Assembly: GCA_963663965.2 (NCBI GenBank) | Contig: CAXXFK010000018.1 | Coordinates: forward strand, 64,001-128,000 | Direction: 5' to 3' | Source of the DNA: Sedimentisphaerales bacterium | GTDB lineage: Bacteria; Planctomycetota; Phycisphaerae; Sedimentisphaerales; SM23-30 | Length of the DNA: 64,000 nt | Shown here: one piece after another, positions 1-10,300 of the stretch | Layout: each line of letters opens with the position of its first letter | How positions within the stretch are numbered: position 1 is the stretch's first letter | The notes under the pieces: generated by a model | Databases searched by the model: none | What the model was told of the DNA's origin: nothing | The model's input: only the letters and a program-made list of their open reading frames with translations | Position numbers and translations under genes: made by a program

Positions 1-2
1 TC

Positions 3-935
3 CTGGTCTGGAATCGTTTTTTCTGGGTATCTCCTCTGATTTGGGCTTTATTGATCTCAATTGGTTTGCTGGTTCTGGTATTACTGGTCGGCGAAGAACT
101 GTGCGGCTCAAAACGCTGGCTTAAAATCGGACCGATTAAAATGCAACCCAGTGAACTGGCGAAATGGACGACCATCATGTTCATTGCAGCGTTTGCCGCC
201 CGCCGTGATGAAAAAATCAACCGGTTCTGGACCAGTTATGTTCCTGCCTGCTCCATCCTTCTGTTGGTGGCGGCCCTAATCGGATATGAGGATCTGGGAA
301 CCGGTGCATTGGTTGCAGTTGTTGGATTAGCCGTTCTTTTTATTGCCGGGATGCGCTGGTGGCACCCTTTGACATTACTGCCATTAATTGCGGCAGGGGG
401 CTATTTTCTGATTTTCAAGGTGCCTTATCGCTGGGCGCGAGTTATGGCATTTATCAGTGGTGAACAGAGTGGCTTTGAAGAAACCCGTTATCACGCTGAG
501 CAATCGATTATGGCGATTGGCTCAGGTGGATTATGGGGTGCGGGTTTAGGAACCGGCCGCATTAAACTGGGTTGGCTGCCTGAAGATACGACTGATTTTA
601 TTTTTGCCGTGATTGGTGAAGAATTGGGCTTTTTTGGCTGTACCCTGGTAATTTTTCTCTATCTTAGTTTGCTACTAGCCTGTACTCAGGCTGTTATCCG
701 TTGTCGGGACCGGTTGGGTAAACTGCTGGTTCTGGCTATCGGTTCAACCATCGTTACCCAGGCTGTAATCAATCTATTTGTCGTAACGCGCATGGCTCCT
801 ACCAAGGGAATCGCCTTGCCCTATATCAGCGCCGGTGGATCTGGTCTGCTGGTCACAGCGTTCGCCACAGGGGTTATGCTCAATGTCGCCCGGCGGATGG
901 ATTTCGATTTGCCGGCATTGGAGAACCAATCTTAA
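3..935 (+). CDS. ftsW: FtsW/RodA/SpoVE (SEDS) peptidoglycan polymerase, 5' end outside window
   Basis: Motifs 'GSKRWL..MQPSELAK', 'GSGGLWGAGLG', 'LPEDTTDFIFAVIGEELG', 'KGIALPYISAGGS'; frame open from base 3. Confidence 0.88.
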   Translation: MVWNRFFWVSPLIWALLISIGLLVLVLLVGEELCGSKRWLKIGPIKMQPSELAKWTTIMFIAAFAARRDEKINRFWTSYVPACSILLLVAALIGYEDLGTGALVAVVGLAVLFIAGMRWWHPLTLLPLIAAGGYFLIFKVPYRWARVMAFISGEQSGFEETRYHAEQSIMAIGSGGLWGAGLGTGRIKLGWLPEDTTDFIFAVIGEELGFFGCTLVIFLYLSLLLACTQAVIRCRDRLGKLLVLAIGSTIVTQAVINLFVVTRMAPTKGIALPYISAGGSGLLVTAFATGVMLNVARRMDFDLPALENQS

Positions 936-937
936 TT

Positions 938-964
938 CAAATTTGCAATTGGAACGGCCGATAG
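938..964 (+). promoter_or_regulatory. Sigma28(FliA)-like promoter CAAA-N15-GCCGATAG
   Basis: Match to TAAA-N15-GCCGATAA, 43 bp upstream of the small ORF at 1008. Confidence 0.5.
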
Positions 965-1007
965 GTATAATAGGAGTTAGTAAATATTAATAATTTCAGG
1001 TACTAAA

Positions 1008-1166
1008 ATGTCTAAGTTAGGTATATTAAAAGAGTTCTGGGATTTTCTCAAAGTCCGCAAAAAATGGTGGCTGATGCCGATCGCGATTTTCATTGTTCTA
1101 CTGGGAGCGCTTTTAGTCTTATCCCAGGGTTCGGCAATTGCTCCATTCATATATACACTCTTTTGA
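1008..1166 (+). CDS. DUF5989 (SxtK-like) small membrane protein, 52 aa; absent from the ORF track
   Basis: Manual translation MSKLGILKEFWDFLKVRKKWWLMPIAIFIVLLGALLVLSQGSAIAPFIYTLF; RKKWWL and APFIYTLF signature. Confidence 0.85.
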   Translation: MSKLGILKEFWDFLKVRKKWWLMPIAIFIVLLGALLVLSQGSAIAPFIYTLF

Positions 1167-1310
1167 TCTTAATTATTTCTGATATCACCAGTTACAGATT
1201 GATAGTCAGAATACAGATAGCATTATTTTAATTGTCAGGCCGAAAACCGGGTTTTAATACCAGTTTATCGGCCTTTTTCATGAAAATTTGTCCAGAAATT
1301 CAGGTACTGA

Positions 1311-1772
1311 ATGACAACGCTGAAAGATTCCATAACCATTCAGGCTCCCCCGGTAAAAGTCTGGCAAATTCTTTCAAATCCAAACGCCATGGAACTATGG
1401 AATCCCAAGTGCGTTCGCTGTCGAACAGAACTCCAATCGGTTAAAACGGGCGATCAATACCAGGCCACCTTTAAAATGACAGGCCCGGAATATGAATGCC
1501 AATGTGATGTGATCGAAGCGTTGCCGGAACAACGTTTAATCACTCGATACCATGGCGGTCTGGTATTCAAACCGGATTGTTATGTTGATGAAATATTCCA
1601 GATCGTTCCCAAGGAGCAAAATACGTATTTATCGCAAACTGTCGGTCTGAAATACTCCGGAATCCCCCTATGGGCCAGATTGATCATGGGTTTCATTAAT
1701 CGTTTCGGATATCAAGCTGGAACGGGTCCGCTGGATGGCATAAAACAACTAAGCGAAAATAATATTTATTAA
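1311..1772 (+). CDS. SRPBCC (polyketide cyclase/START-like) family protein
   Basis: N-terminal 'SITIQAPPVKVWQILSNP..WNP' pattern, 153 aa. Confidence 0.75.
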   Translation: MTTLKDSITIQAPPVKVWQILSNPNAMELWNPKCVRCRTELQSVKTGDQYQATFKMTGPEYECQCDVIEALPEQRLITRYHGGLVFKPDCYVDEIFQIVPKEQNTYLSQTVGLKYSGIPLWARLIMGFINRFGYQAGTGPLDGIKQLSENNIY

Positions 1773-1966
1773 ATCATATACATACAAACAGCTATTTTAT
1801 ATTGTCTTTTTGACGATATCTTGATAAATCCAAATTTAAAAATTATCCGCTCAGGTAAAATTCATTTGAATTTTTCACCAAATTCGAGAAAATGGGAATC
1901 GGTAGCCCCAGGCAATCTATATAAAATACATTTAAAGATATTTCTAAATCGTTAAAGGATTTCATT

Positions 1967-2749
1967 ATGGATATTAAACAAGCAGCTATTCAGCTTATTC
2001 GCGATGGTTTTATCCTGGTTTTTAACCGAGACGATATTGATATTGTTAAAACCGCTGAATCACTGGCTCAGGCAGGGATTTTTAATATGGAAGTTACCTG
2101 CCGTATTCGACAACCGCTGGACAAAATGTCTCGGGTGAAAAAGGCCATGCCGAATTTTGCGGTTGGATCTGCCAGCCTGGTCGATTATGCCGGTATGCTG
2201 GAACGTTATAACCGGCGGCATGGCGATGATCCATTGCCATCGGTTGACGATGTGGTGAATGCCGGCGCGGATTATCTGGTTTCATCGGTCAATTTCAGCG
2301 ACCATACCTATAGTCGTTATGCCGGCCGAAAACTCCTGATCCCCGGATGCGGATCTGCCTCAGAAATTGCGGCTCAATTCAGTAAAGGAGCCAATTTCTG
2401 TAAATTGTTCCCGGCAGGCGATCTGGGTGGCCCAAGTTTTATCAAAGCGATAGACGCTCCCTTGCACCGGGTTATCAGTATTGTGCCTACCAGCGGTACC
2501 AATCTGGCCAATATTCCCTCATACATTGAAACCGGTGTATTAGTCATGGGCGGATCGTTTAGTATGATTGACAAAACCGTTATGCAGCAAGTCGTTCAAA
2601 ATGGAGCTTATGATTTACTGGCGAAAGAATTTGGCAAGATCAAGCAAGCCATTGACGAATGTCGCATTAAAAAATGGCCTGACCTGGATTTAAAAACCGC
2701 AACGATAGACGATATTCGCATGCAAACCGGTCGAATATTCAATTTGTAA
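1967..2749 (+). CDS. eda: KDPG/KHG aldolase family protein
   Basis: 'MEVT', 'AGADYLVS', 'IPGC.S.SEI', 'KLFPA..LGGPSFIKAI..P' class I aldolase motifs. Confidence 0.75.
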   Translation: MDIKQAAIQLIRDGFILVFNRDDIDIVKTAESLAQAGIFNMEVTCRIRQPLDKMSRVKKAMPNFAVGSASLVDYAGMLERYNRRHGDDPLPSVDDVVNAGADYLVSSVNFSDHTYSRYAGRKLLIPGCGSASEIAAQFSKGANFCKLFPAGDLGGPSFIKAIDAPLHRVISIVPTSGTNLANIPSYIETGVLVMGGSFSMIDKTVMQQVVQNGAYDLLAKEFGKIKQAIDECRIKKWPDLDLKTATIDDIRMQTGRIFNL

Positions 2750-2799
2750 TTGTTATCGACCAACAAGCTCCCAATCATCCTGATTAAAATAGTCTTAAA

Positions 2800-3996
2800 A
2801 TGGACGAACGCTCCGACCTGACACTATCGCAAGATCGAAAAAAAAACAGTGCTATTCCACGCATTCTGTTGCTGGTGGAAACTTCCCGCAGCTTTGGACG
2901 TGAACTACTCTATGGTATTGCACGTTATTCCCGTATTCATGGGCCATGGGTGTTTTATCGGGAGGTTGGCGCCTTGGAACAATCAGCCCGCAAACTGCTG
3001 GGGTGGGACGCAGATGGTTTTATTACCCGCAATCCCGTTGATGTGAGTGTTCTGGACGATCTGACGATTCCCGGCATCCTGGTTATCCACCATGAAAATA
3101 AACTTCCTACTCATTTTCCAACTATTGTCACCGATTCACCCGCCATAGGCAAAATGGCCGCCGACCATTTGATGGAACGCGGTTATAAGCATTTTGCCTT
3201 TTGTGGTCTGGATCAGCTTCGCTGGTCGAATGAACGCTGTCATCATTTTGTCCGCCGGTTGCACGAGTGTGGTCATCAAGTTCATGTTTATCGCCAGTCT
3301 CGAACGCGCATGAAGCAATCCTGGAAGTATGAACAGAAATATATGGCAGACTGGATATCCTCGCTGCCTCATCCGGTCGGCATTCTGGCATGCAATGATG
3401 ACCGGGGTCAGCAGGCCATAGAAGCCTGTAAAATAGCCCGTATCCGCGTCCCGGATGAAGTGGGTGTTCTGGGTGTTGATAACGACGAATTGATTTGTGA
3501 GCTGTCTGATCCCCCGATGTCCAGTATCGCTCTGAACATTCGCATGGCCGGATATCAGGCGGCTGAACTACTGGAAAAGCTGATACGAGGGGAAGCCATG
3601 ACAGGCCAACGGATTGTTGTGACGGCTACGCACATACAAACCCGGCAATCTACTGATATTATGGCCGTTAGTGACCGTGAAGTTGCTGATGCCATTCGTT
3701 TTATTTATCAGAACAGCAATCGAAGTATCCAGGTCATGGATGTGGCGAATGCCGTTGCATTATCCCGCAGTGCGCTGGAAAAACGATTCCGCAAAGCCAT
3801 TAACACAACGATCCATGAAAAAATCCGGCAAATACGAATCGAGAAAATTACCCGGATTTTAATTGAAACGGATCTGGCCATATCTCAAATTGCCCAACAG
3901 ATGGGTTTTCCGGGCATTGAACATATTGCCCGCTATTTTCGCACGGAAAAGGGCATGAGTTTGCAGGCTTATCGCAAGAAATATGGTTCAGTTTAA
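2800..3996 (+). CDS. XylR-type regulator (periplasmic-binding-fold sensor + AraC HTH)
   Basis: 'RELLYGIARY', 'ACNDDRG', 'VPDEVGVLGVDND', C-terminal AraC double HTH. Confidence 0.88.
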   Translation: MDERSDLTLSQDRKKNSAIPRILLLVETSRSFGRELLYGIARYSRIHGPWVFYREVGALEQSARKLLGWDADGFITRNPVDVSVLDDLTIPGILVIHHENKLPTHFPTIVTDSPAIGKMAADHLMERGYKHFAFCGLDQLRWSNERCHHFVRRLHECGHQVHVYRQSRTRMKQSWKYEQKYMADWISSLPHPVGILACNDDRGQQAIEACKIARIRVPDEVGVLGVDNDELICELSDPPMSSIALNIRMAGYQAAELLEKLIRGEAMTGQRIVVTATHIQTRQSTDIMAVSDREVADAIRFIYQNSNRSIQVMDVANAVALSRSALEKRFRKAINTTIHEKIRQIRIEKITRILIETDLAISQIAQQMGFPGIEHIARYFRTEKGMSLQAYRKKYGSV

Positions 3997-4095
3997 TGCC
4001 ATCAGCCATTCGATAGTAATTGAACTATAGGATTGAATTTTATACTATCCCCCGTTTCCTGTTTCATTTAAACGTTAATTACTGGAATTTAACCA

Positions 4096-4980
4096 TTGCT
4101 AACCCTGATAAAACTCACCCTGACCTCCCTGTTCTGGGCTGGCACCTTTATCGCCGGCAAGAAGCTGGGAGGCTATGTTACACCCGCACTTGGCGCGTTC
4201 ATGCGATTTCTGGCGGCATCACTATGTTTGTTGCCACTATTGCTGAAAGTTTCTGCGGGCAAACGCGTTGGCAATCTGCCCACCATGGCCTGGATTGGGA
4301 TCGCGGGCATTGCCAGCACCTATTTATACAATATATTTTTTCTCAAGGGTTTGCAATTAATCGAGTCGTCCCGGGCTTCCCTGATTGTCGCAACCTGCCC
4401 GATCTTTATTACGATAGTCTCTGTCATTTTTACCCGTGAAAAACTTCATATGCTCCAGATACCAGGAATTCTACTGGGAGTAATTGGCGCAATCATAGTC
4501 ATCACTCGTGGTCAACTCGATCAGATTTTTTCCGGTTTGGGCCGAGGTGAATTACTGATCTTCGGTTGCGTTACCTGTTGGGTAGTTTACACCATGATTT
4601 CACGCCGGATTGCTGACCGGGTTCCACCCGTAACTGTCGTTGCCTGGTGTTGTATGATTGGGACGGTCTGTTTACTGCCGGGCGCCTGGTCTGAATGGAC
4701 TGCCGCCGGCCGGCCAATAATTCCATTTTATGCCTGGCTTTATGCAGGGTACCTGGCAGTTTTTGGCAATGCCCTGGGATTTATCTGGTATAATGAAGGC
4801 CTGGAAAAAATCGGCCCGACACGTACTGGAATATTTATCAATCTGATCCCGCCTTTTACTATGCTGCTAAGTTATCTGATCCTGAAAGAAACGATCGGTT
4901 TGCCTACCCTGATTGGCGCCCTGCTCGTTCTGGCCGGATTATTTCTGACGAACCGACCGGTATCTGTTCCCAGAGAATAA
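4096..4980 (+). CDS. DMT/EamA family transporter
   Basis: About 10 TM segments, 'LFWAGTFIAGK', 'IGPTRTGIFINLIP', 'LILKE'. Confidence 0.88.
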   Translation: MLTLIKLTLTSLFWAGTFIAGKKLGGYVTPALGAFMRFLAASLCLLPLLLKVSAGKRVGNLPTMAWIGIAGIASTYLYNIFFLKGLQLIESSRASLIVATCPIFITIVSVIFTREKLHMLQIPGILLGVIGAIIVITRGQLDQIFSGLGRGELLIFGCVTCWVVYTMISRRIADRVPPVTVVAWCCMIGTVCLLPGAWSEWTAAGRPIIPFYAWLYAGYLAVFGNALGFIWYNEGLEKIGPTRTGIFINLIPPFTMLLSYLILKETIGLPTLIGALLVLAGLFLTNRPVSVPRE

Positions 4981-5003
4981 TCTCATCTCGGATTATGACT
5001 TTA

Positions 5004-5181
5004 GGAACCATTCATCCATAAATACTCCATTTTTCATCCCATCTGGCCGCCATTTTCAACCGCTTCTCAATCGCAATATCCTCGACATAAAACAGTTATG
5101 CCTGCGGTTTCGCTCAATCGACGCGGCTGAATCTGACGACACGCTGTGCGGTAAATACAGCATTTATTTATGGACGGCTCC
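5004..5181. mobile_element. MITE-like element
   Basis: Imperfect TIRs GGAACCA(ttca)TCCATAAATA / TATTTATGGACGGCTCC, flanked by TTA..TTA; internal ATCCTCGACA...GCCTGCGG core. Confidence 0.55.
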
Positions 5182-5228
5182 TTAGTCTATCGATAAGAAG
5201 TTTTTCAGTAGAGTGAATGCAATAATTC

Positions 5229-7034
5229 TTACATATAACCGCTGGCCAGTCCTCCAAACGCTTTAATGATACGTACCGCGATCCATTTAGGCGATAATTC
5301 CATGCGAGGAAACATGCCGACATCCTGATAACAATCATAAAAATCCGGTTGGTTTGGAGCCACCGGCTCACAGCCTTCACGCAGATCAAAATTGCTGCTG
5401 TATTCAAACGGCCACAGGTCGAACAACGGCAGGCTACTGGAGACGCCAGCGATCGATTCGCTGACATTGCCGATTACCGGCAATTTCCATCGGCGCGCGA
5501 CCACCCAGCTATTGGATGGAGCGGTATCCCGTTCGAATATTTTCTTTATGATCGTTGCCACAGTATCATCCCAGATAATCAGTGCACATTCCGTATTTAG
5601 GTTGCGCGCTCGAGGATCGAAATTGTGCGAACCAACAAACGTGATATGGTTATCCACAACAAAGAATTTTGAATGTATGATCAAACGGGGACCGTTGGCA
5701 TCGATCGGAAGCAAATTGCCGTTTTCAATATTTTCGGCAGTTGAAGGATCCTCGGTCAACTGCCCGTACCTGGGTATCATTTCCAAAATATCGCCGGGAA
5801 TGGGCTTAAACTCAAACAGTTGGGCCTTTAAATCTTCCAGATAAAATTGACGTTGTTTAAAGCAAACGGCGTAAACATAAAAATGGTCCGTTGATGCCAG
5901 GCTATTCGTCGACAATGAAATGGCAAGTTCCGGTTTGTCAATTCTCAGTTGTTTCAGAAAAAAGATTCCCCCCCAATCCTGAATCAGGTACGGCGTCTGT
6001 GCGATGATCTCGCGCTGAGCCTGGCCAATGATTTCGAGCAGGCGCGCCGTACTATTCCAGCGTTCTTTTTCCGATACTTTGTTTTTATCCGGCCAGTCAG
6101 CTACAAATTCGATTCTTTCAACGGGATAAATTTCCAGTTTTGGCCGGCTTTCGGCTATGACAAATTGATTGGCCTGTCGGCGCAAATTATCCAAAGGCGA
6201 CAGTTGCGGATTATTGGCAGTCAGGATGGCATGCTCATCATGTAAACGAATGGCTTCAACCGCAATATCTTTCAGACTCAAGGCTTTTTTTGACAGTTTG
6301 CTTGACCAATATTGTTCGAATGATTCCAGAATACGCTGGGTTACCGGACCAATAGCTAACAACCCCAAATCCTTGTAGCAAAAGCTATGACCATAGTCAT
6401 AATAATGATTTTTAATGTTTCGTCCACCAACAATACCAATCCGGCCATCTACCAGAAAGACTTTGTTATGCATCCGCTGATTCAACGTCTGGCCATCCGC
6501 AAAAAGGGTTCCAATTTCTCTTAAGGGTGATTTCCCTCCACGAGCCATAATCGGGCGGAATAATCGAATTTCGATATTTGCATGGGCAGATGCCATTTGG
6601 GCCAGGATTCTGGGTGAGATTTGGGTGCCGTATTGATCGATAATCAATCGGATCTTTACGCCGCGCCGCGCTGCGATGAGCAATTCTTCAAAGATGGTAT
6701 TGCCGACTAAATCAGACTCCCAGATATAGGTCTGAATATCAATGCTTTTACGCGCCGCCCTGATTAAATGAATTCGGGCCAGCAGGGCATCTTCACCACT
6801 ATCCAGCACACTGACAAAATGAGATGGCCATTCATTCTGGTCTTCCAGGGTCCAATCGGCCAGTTCCTGATACAAGGAACGGATCGCACAACGGTTTTCT
6901 TCACCCTCAGGACAATAAACACGCTTATCCCGCTCAAGGGCCAGCGCTTCCCGTACAGCACGGTTTTCACACCCTCCTGTCAGCAGCAAGCATACTGCGA
7001 ACAAAATGATCAGATAACTTTGCCAATGTCTCAT
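5229..7034 (-). CDS. Phospholipase D family lipoprotein (ClsC/YmdC-like)
   Basis: Two HKD motifs 'RMHNKVFLVDG' and 'IHSKFFVVDN'; lipobox-like LLTGGC. Confidence 0.85.
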   Translation of the reverse strand: MRHWQSYLIILFAVCLLLTGGCENRAVREALALERDKRVYCPEGEENRCAIRSLYQELADWTLEDQNEWPSHFVSVLDSGEDALLARIHLIRAARKSIDIQTYIWESDLVGNTIFEELLIAARRGVKIRLIIDQYGTQISPRILAQMASAHANIEIRLFRPIMARGGKSPLREIGTLFADGQTLNQRMHNKVFLVDGRIGIVGGRNIKNHYYDYGHSFCYKDLGLLAIGPVTQRILESFEQYWSSKLSKKALSLKDIAVEAIRLHDEHAILTANNPQLSPLDNLRRQANQFVIAESRPKLEIYPVERIEFVADWPDKNKVSEKERWNSTARLLEIIGQAQREIIAQTPYLIQDWGGIFFLKQLRIDKPELAISLSTNSLASTDHFYVYAVCFKQRQFYLEDLKAQLFEFKPIPGDILEMIPRYGQLTEDPSTAENIENGNLLPIDANGPRLIIHSKFFVVDNHITFVGSHNFDPRARNLNTECALIIWDDTVATIIKKIFERDTAPSNSWVVARRWKLPVIGNVSESIAGVSSSLPLFDLWPFEYSSNFDLREGCEPVAPNQPDFYDCYQDVGMFPRMELSPKWIAVRIIKAFGGLASGYM

Positions 7035-7320
7035 TACGAATAAATGGGTAAATATAATTTTGGGCTTTATTTCACAGACAGTTTTAATTAAATAGTTATC
7101 TTAACTCGCCATGTATTCAATTTCAATAATTATTGACAAAAATGAGGCATTGATATTTCAAAATTATTTCATAGTCTGGATTTGAATTCTATCGTTGGAT
7201 TTGTTGTAAGAATGTCCTATTAAACCAGTTAGGAGCCTTTTCGTGTATATATCAGTCTGTCGAATCAGCAATAATCACTCAGCGCTAAACCCTATATTTG
7301 ATGTATACAGTAGAAGCAGA

Positions 7321-10300
7321 TTAACCTCCGATGGTTACTTTTAACATTTCCTGACTTTCAACCAGAACGTTACCCACTTTGAAGGGTTTGATCGCGGTGG
7401 CGGCGAACAGGCCGAATGGTTCGTCATTTGTATAATTGATCTGGCCAAACTTAACACTGCCGATAGCGCCGGTTGGGGCGAACCAGGGTGCGCTTAACGC
7501 ACTGTTGGCGATCAGGCTTACTTCCGGTAACGCACCGGCCAGCAGATAGCTGGAGGCAAAGACGCCCGATACCGCTACCGAGCCGATATCGCCGCCGGAA
7601 CCAGCATCATCACTGCTGAAAACCAGATCACTGCCCAGATCCAATCCGGCCATTAGCCAGCTGTCGGTCATATCCCCTTTCAGACTCACCTTGCCGATAT
7701 TGCCGCCGGCGCTGAGGATGGCCGACATTGAACCGGCCGACACACCGGAAATCATGTTTTCCGCACGGATTACACCGGATAAATCCCCCTTGGTTCCCAG
7801 TGAGCCAAACGAGCCGGCAATGGAGGCCTGCAGATCAATGTCGCCGGCGGCTTTGATCGATTTGATATCGCCGCCGGTGGTGACCAGGGTCAGATCGAGG
7901 ATATCCCCTTTGCCGGCAATCGAGCCCACCGAGCGGGCATTCAGGGTCGCGCCTTCAATGGTCAGCGCCGAGACTTTGCCTATCGCGCCGGATGCGGTCA
8001 GTGAGGCTTTCAGGGCGCCGGCCTTGACTGCCACGGCTTTAATCTCGCCGGCAGCCGTCAAACTGCCCAGCAGATCGCCGCTGCTGCCAACGGATCCGAT
8101 ATCACCACTGTCTGCGGTGATATCCACCTCCACCAGGCCGGACTTGATGGCAAACTTGCCGAGGCTGTCACAATCTACCCGGCCGGAGGCATAGGTATTG
8201 GCGGAAAAAGATTTAATGCTGTCGGCAATATCGAAGGTGACATTGTCGCCGATATTCCCCGCCTTTAAACTGAAACCGCTGCCGGACTGGCCGGTTTCAA
8301 TGGTGATATTGTCGCCCAGATCCCCCCAACTCAGCGTGGACAGGCTGCCGCTGGTTTGCAGGTTACCGGCCAGCACGACTCCTTTGCCGGAGAGGGACTT
8401 GATTTCGCCCCCGGTAATGGCGCCGATGGTGGCCTCATTGTCGCTGCCACCTTTGGCGCCGATGGACAGGGCCGCGATCCCGGTACCATCCAGAACGATG
8501 GACTGTAAAAACAGATTGGTTCCGGTTACCACTACATTTTTTGTTCCAGTGGCGGTAATATCATCACCGGTAAACCGTAATGTGCCGCTGTCTCCCTTGA
8601 GACTGACGGTAACCAGGGTATTATCGGCATCGGTATAACTGATCCTGCCGGCCGCCCCGGTCCCGATCAAGATATCCGTTAATGCCTGGGACGCTTCGAT
8701 TTCGATTGGTTCATCATAATAGCTGGCCGTGGGGATGTTGTTTCCATCGCTGATCAAGCCATAGACATAATAGGCGCCGGCGGCGACGGAGGAGGTGTCC
8801 CAGTCGAACTGCCCGGTATTGTCCGCCTGGCCCATCAAGATTCCATCCGCGCCACTGTGATCATCATCGTAATAAAAGGTGATCTGGCAGCCGGTCAGGT
8901 CGGAGTCGCCGGAATAGGCAATAGCGCCGGACTGGCTATACGGATTGATACTGATTTCATCGATTGTCAATTGCGGCAGGGTGGTGTCCTGATAGCCATC
9001 GAAGGTCAGGCCTTCCAGGGGTTCATCCGAAGCCACTTGCAGGGTCCAGGTTCCGGGGGTGGGCGATTCAATGAATAACGTGGTGGTAGTGTCATCGGAC
9101 AATTCCGGAACGACCGCGATAAAATCACTGTTGGTAATCGCGGCCAGATCATAGACCACGCCATTCGGATCGGTCAAAGAAATCTCGCCCGCCGCGGCGT
9201 TGTCCCACTGCGCGTTGATCATCAGCCATTCCTGACCTTCTGTGGCATAAAACGTTTCGGAGTTGGTATAAGCCGTATCTTCTATTGGATCGGATTCAAT
9301 CGATTTTTTATTTACGACTTCATCAGACAAGAGTGGCGATGTCTGACCGGCCTGTAGCCGGGCAGCTGTTTTGCCACCCAGGAATGAGTAACTGCCATCA
9401 AAATTAACACGAATACCGGCCGTCATACTATAAACTTTGCCAAAAGCAGTGATTGAGGTACTGCCCCATCCTGCAATATAATCATTAGTATAGTTATCAT
9501 CATTAGTAAAATTAAGAACGGTAGTGCCGTTAGCCAGCGATTTACCTCCCCAGATCGGGATTATGGTTGGAATGCCCACCGTACCGGTTCCATTAATGCT
9601 GATATTCATATTGGAATCGGCCTTCATGGCGCCATTGATCCCCAGCAGATTATTCAGGGCGGTCAGCTGGCATTGAGCATTGAGGGTGTTCTTTTCCCAA
9701 TTTAATGTTGCGGTAGCCGCACCTTCAGCCAGCCCGCCGGCCACTTTAACCGTTCCACTTCCAGTCAACTCCTGAAAGGTAAAGCCACCTTCTACTCCAA
9801 ATTCAGCCAGTGCGCCTTCCAGGTCGCCCCCGGCCCAATCTGGAAGACTGAGTTCAATTTTCTTACCGGCAGTAAATCCTAATCCACCGCCAAATTGAAT
9901 TTTAGTCGCATCAGGATCGGCGATATTGTTGACATATCCATTAATGCTCTGCAGGAAAGCGCCGGTTGTTCCAATAGGCAATTCAATTTCATCTACTCCC
10001 AGCCTGACATAATTCAGTTCTTCATTGACAAAGCCCAGTCCGCAGATGATATCCATACCCGGCGGTACGGTGAAAATGCCATCACCCTGAACACTCATGC
10101 CAACACCCGGAACATCTCTGACTTCAAGCGACGCCTGCTTGATAACCCAGCGATCTTCTACGATCACAATTTCTTCAACCGACAGTTTACCATACCATTT
10201 TATCTCGCCATTCGCGTTGATTTCGATATAACCGTCTGTCCCGGCAAAGGTATCGGTGGTAAAATCTGCTGTCGCATTGAATACCTCAGGCAGGATCACC

